From contig DHIO01000022.1 of the NCBI GenBank assembly GCA_002403855.1, forward strand, positions 38-64,037: a stretch of DNA of 64,000 nucleotides, read 5' to 3'. The stretch's first letter is position 1. The number at the start of each line of letters is the position of its first letter. The DNA is from Acidimicrobiia bacterium UBA4744. Lineage in GTDB: Bacteria > Actinomycetota > Acidimicrobiia > Spongiisociales > UBA4744. Shown here piece by piece: positions 9,766 to 19,628 of this stretch. A program made the position numbers and the translations under genes. The notes beneath the pieces were generated by a model. That model was not told where the DNA came from. It saw only the letters and a program-made list of their open reading frames with translations, and did not search any database.

Positions 9766-10395
9766 GTGGGCCTCAAGGACATCCGGGCCGTGCTACTCGA
9801 CATGGACGGAACGCTGGTCGCTTCGGATGCATCCGTCGAGCGTGCCTGGACGGTCTGGGCAAGACACTACGACGTAGATCCGGAGCTGGCGGTCGCAGGA
9901 GCTCACGGAAGCCCTGCCGACGCCACGGTGCGACGATTGAGGCCTGATCTCGACGCGAGCGGGGTCGTCGAAGCTGCCGCATTTCAGCTTGCGTTGCAGT
10001 ACGACGACTTGGCCGACGTGACTCCCGCCGTCGGCAGCCGGCGTCTCATGGACGTTCTCGCCCGGCATGAGTTTGAATGGGCGGTGGTCACGAGTGCCGA
10101 TCGGCGGCTGGCCCGTGCCCGGCTCGGGGCGGCCGGCATAATTGCACCCGTCCTCATCACGGTCGAAGATGTGACGGCGGGAAAGCCCGATCCGCAGGGT
10201 TACCTGCTGGCTTCACACCGGCTGGGGATACCGCCGGCCCGGTGTCTGGTCGTGGAGGACACGGAGATCGGTGTGGAGGCGGGCCGGTCCGCCGGCGCGA
10301 TGACGGCGGCTCTCAAAGGACTCGATGCAGACATTCGCGTGGGTGATCTGAGAGAACTCGCAGATCTCCTTGACTCGGCGGCAGACGGCCGGTAG
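9766..10395 (+). CDS. HAD-IA family phosphatase (YfbT-like)
   Basis: LLDMDGTLV, VVTSA, GKPDPQGY, VVEDTEIGVEAG. Confidence 0.92.
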   Translation: MGLKDIRAVLLDMDGTLVASDASVERAWTVWARHYDVDPELAVAGAHGSPADATVRRLRPDLDASGVVEAAAFQLALQYDDLADVTPAVGSRRLMDVLARHEFEWAVVTSADRRLARARLGAAGIIAPVLITVEDVTAGKPDPQGYLLASHRLGIPPARCLVVEDTEIGVEAGRSAGAMTAALKGLDADIRVGDLRELADLLDSAADGR

Positions 10396-10632
10396 CACGA
10401 AGGAAGCCGGTTTCTCACGCAACACCATGGGCTACCGCAACAGGGCATCATGAGCAGTCACCGGCGCCTGGGCGGATCCGGTAGCGAGCGGGCCGTGGTC
10501 CAGTGTTGCGAGGTCCGGGGCATTGCAGCGTCGAGATGCGGCGACCGGCTTGGGCCGTCTGAGTTATGGCTTCGCGGCCGGGCGTGAGGACCGCGGCGAG
10601 TACAGTCACCTTCCGGTGACCACGGAGAAGGA

Positions 10633-11295
10633 ATGAGTAGCCAGAATCGCTTCATCGCCGAGGACCTGTACGACTACATCCTTTCGGTGTCGGTAAGGGA
10701 CGATCGGCACCTCGAGCGCCTCCGAGCCGTCACCCGCGACCTGCCAGACGCCGGCATGCAGATATCCCCAGACCAAGGCCAGTTCATGGGTCTGCTCGTT
10801 CGTCTGATATCCGCCCGCAAAGCCATCGAGATTGGTGTGTTCACCGGCTACAGCGCGCTGTGCGTCGCCCAGGCTCTTCCCGACGACGGACGGCTCGTTG
10901 CCTGCGAGCTAAACGACGAGTACGCCGAACTTGCTCGCCATTCGTGGGATGAGGCAGGTGTTGCCCACAAGGTGGATCTTCGTCTGGGCCCTGCCCTTCG
11001 GACCTTGGATGGGCTGCTGGCGGCCCAAGAGGCTCGCACATTCGATATGGGGTTCATCGATGCCGACAAGGAGAACTACGCCGGGTACTACGAGAGGTTG
11101 CTTCGACTCTTGCGGCCGGGGGGCTTGATCATGATCGACAACGCCCTGTGGGGTGGACGGCTGATGGATCTCGACAACGTCGATGCCAGTACCGTATCCA
11201 TCCGTTCCCTCAACGAGAGCCTGCGTGATGACCAGCGAGTCGATATCTCACTGCTGCCGATCGGCGATGGTTTGATGCTGGCACGCAAGCGCTGA
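10633..11295 (+). CDS. Class I SAM-dependent O-methyltransferase (caffeoyl-CoA OMT-like)
   Basis: MQISPDQGQF, IEIGVFTGYS, FIDADKENY, IDNALWGG, PIGDG. Confidence 0.93.
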   Translation: MSSQNRFIAEDLYDYILSVSVRDDRHLERLRAVTRDLPDAGMQISPDQGQFMGLLVRLISARKAIEIGVFTGYSALCVAQALPDDGRLVACELNDEYAELARHSWDEAGVAHKVDLRLGPALRTLDGLLAAQEARTFDMGFIDADKENYAGYYERLLRLLRPGGLIMIDNALWGGRLMDLDNVDASTVSIRSLNESLRDDQRVDISLLPIGDGLMLARKR

Positions 11296-11402
11296 CAACC
11301 CGGAAGCCGACTCACGCCGCGACGGTCGGAACGGACCTCCGTGACGGTCGGGCGGCACAACGCCCGGGTAGGGCGCCATCTTCAGGGCGCCAAGACTCAG
11401 GA

Positions 11403-13025
11403 ATGCCCGGTGATCGTTTCGCGGTTGGAGAGAATACCCGCAACCGATTCTGCCGTTGGTGGGAAGGAGTCGCCATCGAGACTCATTGCAGATCCGCGAA
11501 CGGCACGGGTCCTTCCGGGCCCGTGCAATCCGGGCGGACCGGTATCTCCCGGATTCGATCCCGGTGGATAGCTTTGGCCATCGTATCGTTCGCGTTGAGC
11601 TCGGCCTGCGCGCCCTCTCGCGCCACCGACGCCGTGCCCTGGGGCGGCGAAGCGGTTGCATACTTCGACGAGCTCTCTCACGCCTTCAGCGAGGACGACG
11701 TCTACGGGATACTCGACTTCTTCGCGCCCGATGCCCTCGTCGAGTACCGCACCGACCACTTCCGGGGAGCAGCGCGGACGGCTCCCGACCTGCTGCAGGG
11801 AAATCGGGCCGATCTGAGCCGTGACCTGCTCGAGGTCTACCTCAGCGCGGCCGCGGCCGTCACTTTGCTTCGCTTGCCCGACTCGGGGGACTTCGGGGCG
11901 GCCGTGGCCGAGCTGCGCGACGGGTTGATCACCAGGGAAACACTGTTCGTCGATACGACCTCCCTCCAGCGCAGCCTGCGAACGTCGCCCGATGTCGTGG
12001 CGGAGTACGAAGATCTCTACTGGGAGTATGCCGCGGGTTGGTCGTCCCGCGACTCGCAACGGCTCGCCGCTCTCTACGCCCCGGATGCATCCTTTCACGA
12101 TCCGCTGTCCGGAGTCGAAGTGCACGGTCGGGACGACATTGCTCAACTACCCCATGATGAAGTGGTCCGATGGACGGCCGTGCCCGTAGGACCGGCTGCG
12201 TCACCGCCTGCCGAATCCCCGGCGCTGTTTCTCGACCCGGTCCGGTACGGGCACGATCCCCAGAGGGCCATCGGCATCTACCAGGTTGACCGCGACGACG
12301 GCTGCTCTCACCGGCTGGCAGTTCGCTGGGAGGTCGCCGACGGCTTGATCGTCGATGAGCGTCGCTTCGTCGAGGTGGAATCGTTCCGCCGGTGCGCCGA
12401 CGATCTCGCCGAAGGGTGGTGGACCGGTCTCACGCCGCCTGGACCCCGCGATCAGGTCGTGACCGGCACGGTCCGGACCCCGTCAGGGCAGTCGGTCGCC
12501 ATTCACAATGGAACCCCGCGTCTCGAGCAGCTCCTCGAGTGGGGTCTACAGCGGTTTGCAGCTGCCGGACTCGTCGAACCGCGCGTCGACTCGGCGACCT
12601 TCGAACCCACCCGGAGATGCGCCGGAGTCTTCGGACGCGTGAGCGAAACGGCGGGTTCGCGTCATCTCGTCCTGTGTGTCTACGACGGCGACCTGTGCAC
12701 CGCGGAAGGGTGCGAAACGCCAGCCCTCAACATCCGGGCGGGGATGCTCCATGAGTTGGGTCATGCGTGGATGCTCGACCACACGGACGCTTCCACCCGG
12801 AGCCGTTTGCTGGCCCTGTCCGGTCGAACAGCCTGGTCGGACGACGGAGCCGTCTGGGCGGAGCGAGGTGTCGAGTATGCAGCCGAGGTCCTGGCGTGGG
12901 GGCTTGCCGATGAACCTCTTCGCCTGGTGCAGCTCGGCGAGCCACCCTGCCGGGAGCTGATGGCTGCTTTCGAGCTGCTGACCGGGTCCCGACCAAGCCC
13001 GACTTCGGGCGGCTGCCCACCTTGA
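11403..13025 (+). CDS. Putative lipoprotein with tandem NTF2/SnoaL-like domains and a C-terminal HExxH zinc-peptidase-like domain
   Basis: Lipobox-like LSSAC; LDFFAPDA and LAALYAPDASFHDP..VHGRDDI; HELGHAWM..EYAAEVLAWG; start uncertain. Confidence 0.7.
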   Translation: MPGDRFAVGENTRNRFCRWWEGVAIETHCRSANGTGPSGPVQSGRTGISRIRSRWIALAIVSFALSSACAPSRATDAVPWGGEAVAYFDELSHAFSEDDVYGILDFFAPDALVEYRTDHFRGAARTAPDLLQGNRADLSRDLLEVYLSAAAAVTLLRLPDSGDFGAAVAELRDGLITRETLFVDTTSLQRSLRTSPDVVAEYEDLYWEYAAGWSSRDSQRLAALYAPDASFHDPLSGVEVHGRDDIAQLPHDEVVRWTAVPVGPAASPPAESPALFLDPVRYGHDPQRAIGIYQVDRDDGCSHRLAVRWEVADGLIVDERRFVEVESFRRCADDLAEGWWTGLTPPGPRDQVVTGTVRTPSGQSVAIHNGTPRLEQLLEWGLQRFAAAGLVEPRVDSATFEPTRRCAGVFGRVSETAGSRHLVLCVYDGDLCTAEGCETPALNIRAGMLHELGHAWMLDHTDASTRSRLLALSGRTAWSDDGAVWAERGVEYAAEVLAWGLADEPLRLVQLGEPPCRELMAAFELLTGSRPSPTSGGCPP

Positions 13026-13210
13026 TCCTGCGCACGGCCACTGGAACCCACTTGCCGGAGCCACATGTGCAGCATCGACCGAGATAGCACACACGACCTG
13101 CGGCTGTCGTCCTGGCTGTCAATCGGGTTCAGGCCTCGAATCTACGCGGCTCATGCCCGCACGATTTTCCGCCGCAACCGGGCCTTCCCTTCCTTTGGAT
13201 GACGTATCGG

Positions 13211-14512
13211 CTAACGGTAGAGCCGCCGCCTCTCCTGTTCGGCCACCGCTTGAATGGCTTCGGTTGCCGCCTCGACGTTGCCGGTGGCGATCAGCTGCAG
13301 GATCCCCTCGTTGAACGCCTCGCCGGTGCGGAGGGAGAACAGGTCAGATGCGTCGAATCGAACCGACTCGGCACCAACGAGCATGTCCGCAATGCGGTGA
13401 GAGAAGGGGTCAGCTGCGGAGGAATACTCGAAGGTTACGTGAGGAGCGACGTTCCCCGGTCCCCCAGGCCACGCCCGGGCGGACTCCGGACTCGCCAGCC
13501 AATGCATGAGCGCCCACACCCTGGCATCGTCCTTGAACGCAACCGCGAAGTCGCCTCCGACATGGAGCGGCGGGTCGATCCCAGGAAAGCCAGGCATCGA
13601 GAACACGTCGACATCACCGTTGGGACCGATCTCGGTTCCCTCCGGAAGACCCTCGGCGATGAAGCTCGCCTGGCGGTGCATGCCACACTCCTGCGGTTCG
13701 TCGAACATCGGCAACACCGCCTCGGACGCCGGCGTGTTGAGCACGCCACGCCGCCCACCGAGCGCCCACCCTGCCTTCAATGCCAGCGTCGCGTACAGGT
13801 CGAACGCATCTCGGATCTCGGCTTCGGTGAAGGCGACGTCGTAGGCGACCCACCGGTCGTATATCTCGGGAGGGAACGCTCCGAGCACGATCTGTTCGAC
13901 CCAATCGGTCCCCGGCCATCCCGAAGCGCCGAAGGCTTCGAGTCCCATGCACCAAGGCGTCATTCCGTCGTCTTGCATGCGCTGTGTCAGGTTGAGTAGA
14001 TCGCCCCACTCTTCGGGAATCGCGTAGCCATGCTCTGCGAAGTGGTCGGGCCGGTACCACACGAGGTCCTTCACCGACGCTCGGATCATCACCGAGGTCG
14101 AGATGCCGTCAACGGCCGTGATCTCGGCAGCGTCCGGCCGATAGTTGGCCGCGACGATCTCGTTGACCTCCTCGGGCAAAGCCAGGATGGAGCCGCTGCG
14201 GAAGAGGTCCCTGATGAAGCCAGGCCGCGGTAGGATCGCTAGGTCGGGCGGATCCGCGCGCGAAATGCGCTCCTCGAGATCTCCGACGATGTCGGAGGTT
14301 CCCGTGTAGCCAATTGTGATGCCGGTCTGGGCGGTGAACGTCGCCAGCGTCTGGCGGAATGCATCGGCATCCTCGCCCCTCCACCCACCGAACACCTCGA
14401 TGTCGGCGGCATGAGGAGCCGGTGCCGCGCCTCCGCATGCAGCAAGGAAGATCGCCAAGGCAAGGCTCAACCGCGTCAACGGCCCGAGCCCGTCACCCGC
14501 TCGTTGCAGCAC
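13211..14512 (-). CDS. ABC sugar (alpha-glucoside AglE-like) substrate-binding lipoprotein
   Basis: FLAAC lipobox; PDLAILPRPG, KDLVWY, PWCMGLE..ASGWPGTDWVE, HRQASFI, RFDASDL; possible TTG start at 14479. Confidence 0.88.
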   Translation of the reverse strand: MLQRAGDGLGPLTRLSLALAIFLAACGGAAPAPHAADIEVFGGWRGEDADAFRQTLATFTAQTGITIGYTGTSDIVGDLEERISRADPPDLAILPRPGFIRDLFRSGSILALPEEVNEIVAANYRPDAAEITAVDGISTSVMIRASVKDLVWYRPDHFAEHGYAIPEEWGDLLNLTQRMQDDGMTPWCMGLEAFGASGWPGTDWVEQIVLGAFPPEIYDRWVAYDVAFTEAEIRDAFDLYATLALKAGWALGGRRGVLNTPASEAVLPMFDEPQECGMHRQASFIAEGLPEGTEIGPNGDVDVFSMPGFPGIDPPLHVGGDFAVAFKDDARVWALMHWLASPESARAWPGGPGNVAPHVTFEYSSAADPFSHRIADMLVGAESVRFDASDLFSLRTGEAFNEGILQLIATGNVEAATEAIQAVAEQERRRLYR

Positions 14513-15545
14513 TTCGTTCCTCGCGGATCACGCGCAATTCCACGTCGACGATGCCTCCGACGCCGTCGCTCAACATGTCGGCCAGCTCCCACGCTGGGGC
14601 GGGATTCGGCGCAGTGGACACGACGAGTTCGACGTTGGCGCGGTCGTCTCCGATGTCGGCATCGAGGCTCACGATCTCGGCCTGGGGATCCCATTCCGCA
14701 ACGGCGTCGATGACGTCGGTCGTGAAACGCTGATCGCGCACTACGTCGAGGCTATGCAGGGCGAGCGGAATCGCCAATGCTGCCAGCGCTGCGAGGGAGA
14801 CGATGATGCCAAGGCGCGCAGGTGAGCTGCGCGTCGATCGCATCTCCTCGGGGGTGAAGCCCGTCGCCACCATCACCACGAGGGCCGACAGGACGATCGC
14901 AACGAGGTTCGTCAGGAACAGCAGCAGCGCACCGCGGGCCTTGTCCGCACTCTCGAGCGCCAAAGTGATGCCTACGGTCGCTAGGGGAGGAACCAATGCG
15001 ACGGCGATTGCGACGCCTGCGAGCGCTGCGCTGGCACGGGGATGCATCAACACATAGCCCCCGGCCAGGCCTGCGGCCACGGCCACAAACAGGTCCAGCA
15101 GGCTGGGGTCGACTCGCGACATGACCTCTTGCGAGAACTGGTTGGCCGCCTGTCCGCCCGGTGCGGTGATCGCCACGATGTAGCCGGTGACGATCGCCAG
15201 CACTGCGCCGACCACCAGCATTGCGACGGAGCGCAAGAGATTGACCGCATCCGCAAGGACGATTGATGCCGCCACCCCCAGCATGGGTGTCATGAGCGGC
15301 GCCACCAACATGGCGCCGATGATCACGGCGACTGAGTTCGCAATGAGGCCCAGCGCAGCCAGCGCTGTGCTGAGCAGAATCAGGACGGTGAAGCGCCACA
15401 CGTACGCCGCCCGTTCCTCGGGCTCAAAGAACAGCTCGTCGAGCACTGCCTTCCGGTCTTGCTCGGAGAGAGATCGAGACGAAGGACGTGCCCTATCGAT
15501 CCATTCGCCGATCGGTGCCAGTCGTTTCCATCGGACCTCGGCCAC
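14493..15545 (-). CDS. DUF389 (TIGR00341-like) membrane protein
   Basis: NSVAVIIGAMLVAPLMTP, GVAIAVALVPPL. Confidence 0.9.
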   Translation of the reverse strand: MAEVRWKRLAPIGEWIDRARPSSRSLSEQDRKAVLDELFFEPEERAAYVWRFTVLILLSTALAALGLIANSVAVIIGAMLVAPLMTPMLGVAASIVLADAVNLLRSVAMLVVGAVLAIVTGYIVAITAPGGQAANQFSQEVMSRVDPSLLDLFVAVAAGLAGGYVLMHPRASAALAGVAIAVALVPPLATVGITLALESADKARGALLLFLTNLVAIVLSALVVMVATGFTPEEMRSTRSSPARLGIIVSLAALAALAIPLALHSLDVVRDQRFTTDVIDAVAEWDPQAEIVSLDADIGDDRANVELVVSTAPNPAPAWELADMLSDGVGGIVDVELRVIREERSAATSG

Positions 15546-15982
15546 GTTGACCTCTCACCCCGTCGCCCGGACAGAATCCTATCCAATGCGCCGGCATCCG
15601 GATCGGGGCAGGGCCGACGAGCTGCGTGCCGGCAGCGGGTAGTCGCCACTTCGCGCACACGCCGTGGCCACCGTCAACGCGCCAAGACCCCCTGCAGCGC
15701 AAGGGGTCCCGCAGCCCGCCCCCAGGCACTCGACCCTGTCGCTTTCGACAGGCCCCATCATTCTGGTCCGGGGTCACAGAGGCCCCGCGATGTCTGGTGG
15801 CGTTTTGTCCAATCGCCCTCAGGAGGCGCAACCGCCGAGATGCAGGTGGCCGCGGACGAGGCGCCGATCGAGGTGTCGGGCACCGCCTCCCCCGGGACGG
15901 CGGCGTGCCGCGTCCACGAGTGGCATGAATCCCGGCCCAAGTCCCGCTCAAATCACGACACCGACCTGCCGATGATTGAAGC

Positions 15983-17209
15983 GTGAGTTCGGCCACGACG
16001 GGCACGATCGATTTTCGTGAGTTGGCTCCGGCTTTTCACACCGTGCGGGCCTTCACGGTGGCTTCGACGGCCGCCGCTCTGGCGGTGTTGGGTGCCGCCT
16101 GGGACCCTCGTTTGGTATGGACGCTGCTGGTGCTGGCCGGGGTGGGGTTGGTAGATGCCGTTCATCGACGTTCGCGGCCAGAAGTCTCGCCGAAACCGCG
16201 GCTATTGGTGGAGGCGCTCGTCATAACCCTCACGGTGCTGTTGATCGGAGGGCCGGCGCTGGTAGCTGCTCCGGTCGCCTACCTACTGACGGCAGCACTG
16301 CTGATCTTGCCGCTGCGAAGGGCATTGCTGGTGGTGGCGTTCCTCACCGCCTGTGTCGTGGGGGTCTTCTTTTCAGCGATCCCGGCGGCCGACACCGAGA
16401 CACAATGGTGGTTGGCGTTGGGAGCGGTGCTGGTGTTCCTGGCAGCCCTGTCGGTTTTGTTGGTGGCTGCCTTCCGGATCAATCACAGGCTGCGCACCCG
16501 GGAAAAGGTTCTGCTTGAAGAGGCCCGGGCGGCCAACCGGGCCAAGAGCGAGTTGTTGGCCAGTGTCAGCCACGAACTACGCACGCCTCTAGCCGGGGTG
16601 CTGGGGTTCGCCCAACTGCTCCGCGAAGACACCGGCACGCTCTCCGATGATGAGCGAGTCGAGGCGATCCGCTCAATCGCCGAGCAATCTTTTGATCTGG
16701 CCGCTCTCATCGACGATCTGCTGATCGCTGCTCGTCACGAGATCGGGGAACTCACCGTCAACGCCGTTCCAACCAGCTTGCGGGCCCAGGCCGCCCAGGT
16801 GTTGGAGAACTGGGACCAGAGAACGGCCATCACCGTCGGCCTGGAAGGCGAGACAAAGCAGGCAGTGGCCGATCCAGCGCGGGTCCGGCAGATCATTCGA
16901 AACTTGATTTCCAATGCCGTCCGCTACGGCGGCCCCAAAATCCGGGTGGTACTCGCCGGCGACGAGACCTGTGCCAGCGTCCAGGTGCGGGACAACGGTG
17001 GCGGAATACCCGCCGAATCGAGGGAGCAGATCTTCGGCGCTTTCTATCGGGTACCCACCGCTCGGCAGAACCCCGCCTCCATCGGTCTAGGGCTGGCCGT
17101 TTCCCGGGACCTGGCTCGCTTGATGGGCGGCGATCTGGTCTACCGTCATCACAACGGCGAGACGATCTTCGAGTTGCAACTCCCCTTGGCCGCCGAGGTG
17201 AACGGCTGA
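15983..17209 (+). CDS. Orphan membrane sensor histidine kinase
   Basis: TM region; SHELRTPL, QIIRNLISNAVRY, DNGGGI, GLGLAVSR. Confidence 0.93.
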   Translation: MSSATTGTIDFRELAPAFHTVRAFTVASTAAALAVLGAAWDPRLVWTLLVLAGVGLVDAVHRRSRPEVSPKPRLLVEALVITLTVLLIGGPALVAAPVAYLLTAALLILPLRRALLVVAFLTACVVGVFFSAIPAADTETQWWLALGAVLVFLAALSVLLVAAFRINHRLRTREKVLLEEARAANRAKSELLASVSHELRTPLAGVLGFAQLLREDTGTLSDDERVEAIRSIAEQSFDLAALIDDLLIAARHEIGELTVNAVPTSLRAQAAQVLENWDQRTAITVGLEGETKQAVADPARVRQIIRNLISNAVRYGGPKIRVVLAGDETCASVQVRDNGGGIPAESREQIFGAFYRVPTARQNPASIGLGLAVSRDLARLMGGDLVYRHHNGETIFELQLPLAAEVNG

Positions 17210-17297
17210 CGCGGTACGGGAGGGATTTCGCACCTTTCGGAGGAACAATCTGGGGCCGAGGGCGGTTCCACGCTTGACAGCACGCAGCAAAGGTCCA

Positions 17298-17447
17298 CTT
17301 TGCGTCGATCGCGGTGTCGGCGCTCTCGTGCCAGGCGTGCGAGCCGGGAGCGCCCAGCGCCACTATCTTCTCGTCCTCGATGAGGACGTCGGCCCGCATC
17401 GTCTCGTTAGAGGTGATGACGGTGCCGTTGGCGATAACGGTCTTCAT
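17298..17447 (-). pseudogene. hydA: Dihydropyrimidinase, N-terminal ~50-aa remnant
   Basis: AGGAGA RBS, MKTVIANGTVITSNETMRADVLIEDEKIVALG..IDAK; similarity stops before the PGxIDxHxH metal motif; start overlaps the aminotransferase stop. Confidence 0.75.
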
Positions 17448-18754
17448 CCTCGTCTCCTCCCTAGAGCTGCAGTAGTGGCCACCGCGGCGTTCAGTGCTTC
17501 GAATCCTTCGTCCGCTTCCTCCTCCGTCAAGGTAAGTGGTGGGGCGACCCGCAGGACGTTTCCGTGCAGGCCGCCTTTCCCGATCAGTACTCCTCGGGCG
17601 CGGGCTTCCTCCATGATGCGGGTAGCCGCCTCGGGGTTGGGTTCGGTGCCGCCCGCCCGGACGAGCTCCACCCCGATCATCAAGCCCTTGCCCCGAACTT
17701 CGGCAACGATCTCGTATCGGTCGGCCAGGTGGTCGATCCGGGACCGGAGATGCCGGCCCACCTTCAGGGCGTTGGTTTGCAGGTCGTGGTCCAGCAGGTA
17801 GTCGAGATTGGCGAGAGCTCCCGTCGTGGCGAGGGGATTGCCCCCGAACGTCGAGATCGAGTTGGCCGTCAAGCAGTCCATGATCTCTGCCCGGGCGATC
17901 ACCCCTCCGATCGCCAGCCCGTTTCCGATGCCCTTGGCGAAGGTGATCATGTCGGGAACCATGCCGTGGGCCTGGTACCCCCAGAAGTGCTCCCCGGTCC
18001 GTCCCCATCCGGTCTGCACCTCATCTGAGATGAACAGGATCCCGTGCTCGTCGAGCACCTCTTTCATGGCTCCAAAGAAGCCGTCCGGCGGGGTCGCAAA
18101 ACCGCCCACACCCTGAATGGGTTCGGCGATCATGCAAGCCACCTCACCGGAGACGGCCACGTTCAGCAGGTCCCGAAGGTCTTCCACACAAGCTGCAGTG
18201 AATTCGTCGTCGGGCAGGTGGCCGAAGGGGCTGCGGAGGCGATAGCCGCCGTGCACATAGGTCACGCTCAACGGACTGAGACTGGTCGGAGACCAGGACC
18301 GGTTGCCGGTCAACGACACCGCCGCGAAGGAGCGGCCGTGGTAGCTGTTGCGGATCGCCAGCACCTCGTTGGACTGCCGGTAGGTTGTGGCCAGCAACAT
18401 GGCGGCGTCGTTGGCTTCGGTACCGGAGTTGGTGAAGAACACCTTGGCGTTGGGGATTCCCGAAAGCTCGGCCAGCTTCTCGGCCAGTTCGATCTGTTGT
18501 TCGATGAGGTAGAGCGTCGATGTGTGGAGGATACGCCCGGCTTGCTCACGGATCGCCTCGACTACATCCGGCACGTTGTGGCCGGTCATGGTGGTGAGGA
18601 TGCCTCCGAAGAAGTCGAGGTACTCATTGCCTTCCGCGTCGCGCACCCGCCGCCCCTCGCCCTCGACCAACGCGACCGGCTCCTCGTAGTAGAGGGCCAG
18701 CCAGGACGGAAGCACCCGGTCGTGTCGCTTGTGAAGCTGTTCGTGTAGTCCCAT
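17444..18754 (-). CDS. Class III PLP aminotransferase (beta-alanine/AGXT2-like) of the pyrimidine degradation cluster
   Basis: YLDFFGGI, FTNSGTEAN, AEPIQGVGG, DEVQTGWGRTG, TFAKGIGNG. Confidence 0.93.
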   Translation of the reverse strand: MGLHEQLHKRHDRVLPSWLALYYEEPVALVEGEGRRVRDAEGNEYLDFFGGILTTMTGHNVPDVVEAIREQAGRILHTSTLYLIEQQIELAEKLAELSGIPNAKVFFTNSGTEANDAAMLLATTYRQSNEVLAIRNSYHGRSFAAVSLTGNRSWSPTSLSPLSVTYVHGGYRLRSPFGHLPDDEFTAACVEDLRDLLNVAVSGEVACMIAEPIQGVGGFATPPDGFFGAMKEVLDEHGILFISDEVQTGWGRTGEHFWGYQAHGMVPDMITFAKGIGNGLAIGGVIARAEIMDCLTANSISTFGGNPLATTGALANLDYLLDHDLQTNALKVGRHLRSRIDHLADRYEIVAEVRGKGLMIGVELVRAGGTEPNPEAATRIMEEARARGVLIGKGGLHGNVLRVAPPLTLTEEEADEGFEALNAAVATTAALGRRRG

Positions 18755-18771
18755 CGGTTCCTCTCGATCTA

Positions 18772-19206
18772 TTAGGGAGCCACCAGGTCGTGGTATGCGT
18801 CGGGCCGCCTATCCCCGTAGAAGGCCCATTGTGTCCGCATTTCGTCGATCATGTCGAGATCGAGGTCTCGAACCACCCCGTCGATATCCGAGGCCGAACC
18901 TTCGACGATTTGCCCGCGCGGGTCGCAGAGGTAGGACGAACCGTAGTAGTCGTTGTCGCCGAACGGTCCCCCACCTACCCGGTTGATCGCACCGACGAAG
19001 TACCCGTTGGCCACTGCGGCGGCCGCTTGTTCAAGAATCCAGAGGTACATGGACAGTCCGCGGCTCGTCGCCGACGGATTGAACACGATCCTGGCGCCGT
19101 TGAGACCGAGTGCCCGCCATCCTTCCGGGAAGTGACGGTCGTAGCCTACGTAGACGCCGATCCGCCCGACGGCGGTGTCGAAGATCGGGTACCCCGTGTT
19201 GGCCAT
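18772..19206 (-). pseudogene. Beta-ureidopropionase/nitrilase, internally deleted and lacking the catalytic Cys
   Basis: Only the C-terminal half is present (GYPIFDTAVGRIGVYVGYDRHFPEGWRALGLNGA); canonical ICYD reads VGYD; strong AGGAGG RBS. Confidence 0.8.
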
Positions 19207-19248
19207 TGCCGTCCCCTCCTCTCACCGGCAATCCTGTGATACCTGCTC

Positions 19249-19344
19249 CTAGGCCGGCTCAATCATGCGGATGGCGCCTTCCGTGCAGACGTGCACACAC
19301 AAGGAACAGCCGTCGCACTTATCGGCCAGGAACACCGGATACAT
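19249..19344 (-). pseudogene. 4Fe-4S ferredoxin-motif fragment, probably the C-terminus of dihydropyrimidine dehydrogenase subunit PreA
   Basis: Manual translation MYPVFLADKCDGCSLCVHVCTEGAIRMIEPA* (CxxCxxCxxxC), directly upstream of the nitrilase remnant. Confidence 0.55.
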
Positions 19345-19628
19345 CCACAGAACTGACGGCAAGAAGGTCCTTCCACGCCCTTTCGACCGGATCGTGGGCG
19401 GCATTGCCGATGACGGTGACGGTCACGGCCACCTCCGATGATCGGACCTACTCACACTAACCGTCGGATACGAGCGGTTGCCGAGCGAGCGGTTCCTTCC
19501 CGTGTGTGACGGATGGGTGGTGGCGATTGCACGGCATAGTGCTCGTCATCCCTCTCGCGTGAAGGGCGCGCTCTCCAAACCGGAGGGCGAGTTTCACTAA
19601 CCTCGAACCAACCCATCAGGGAGGGGCT

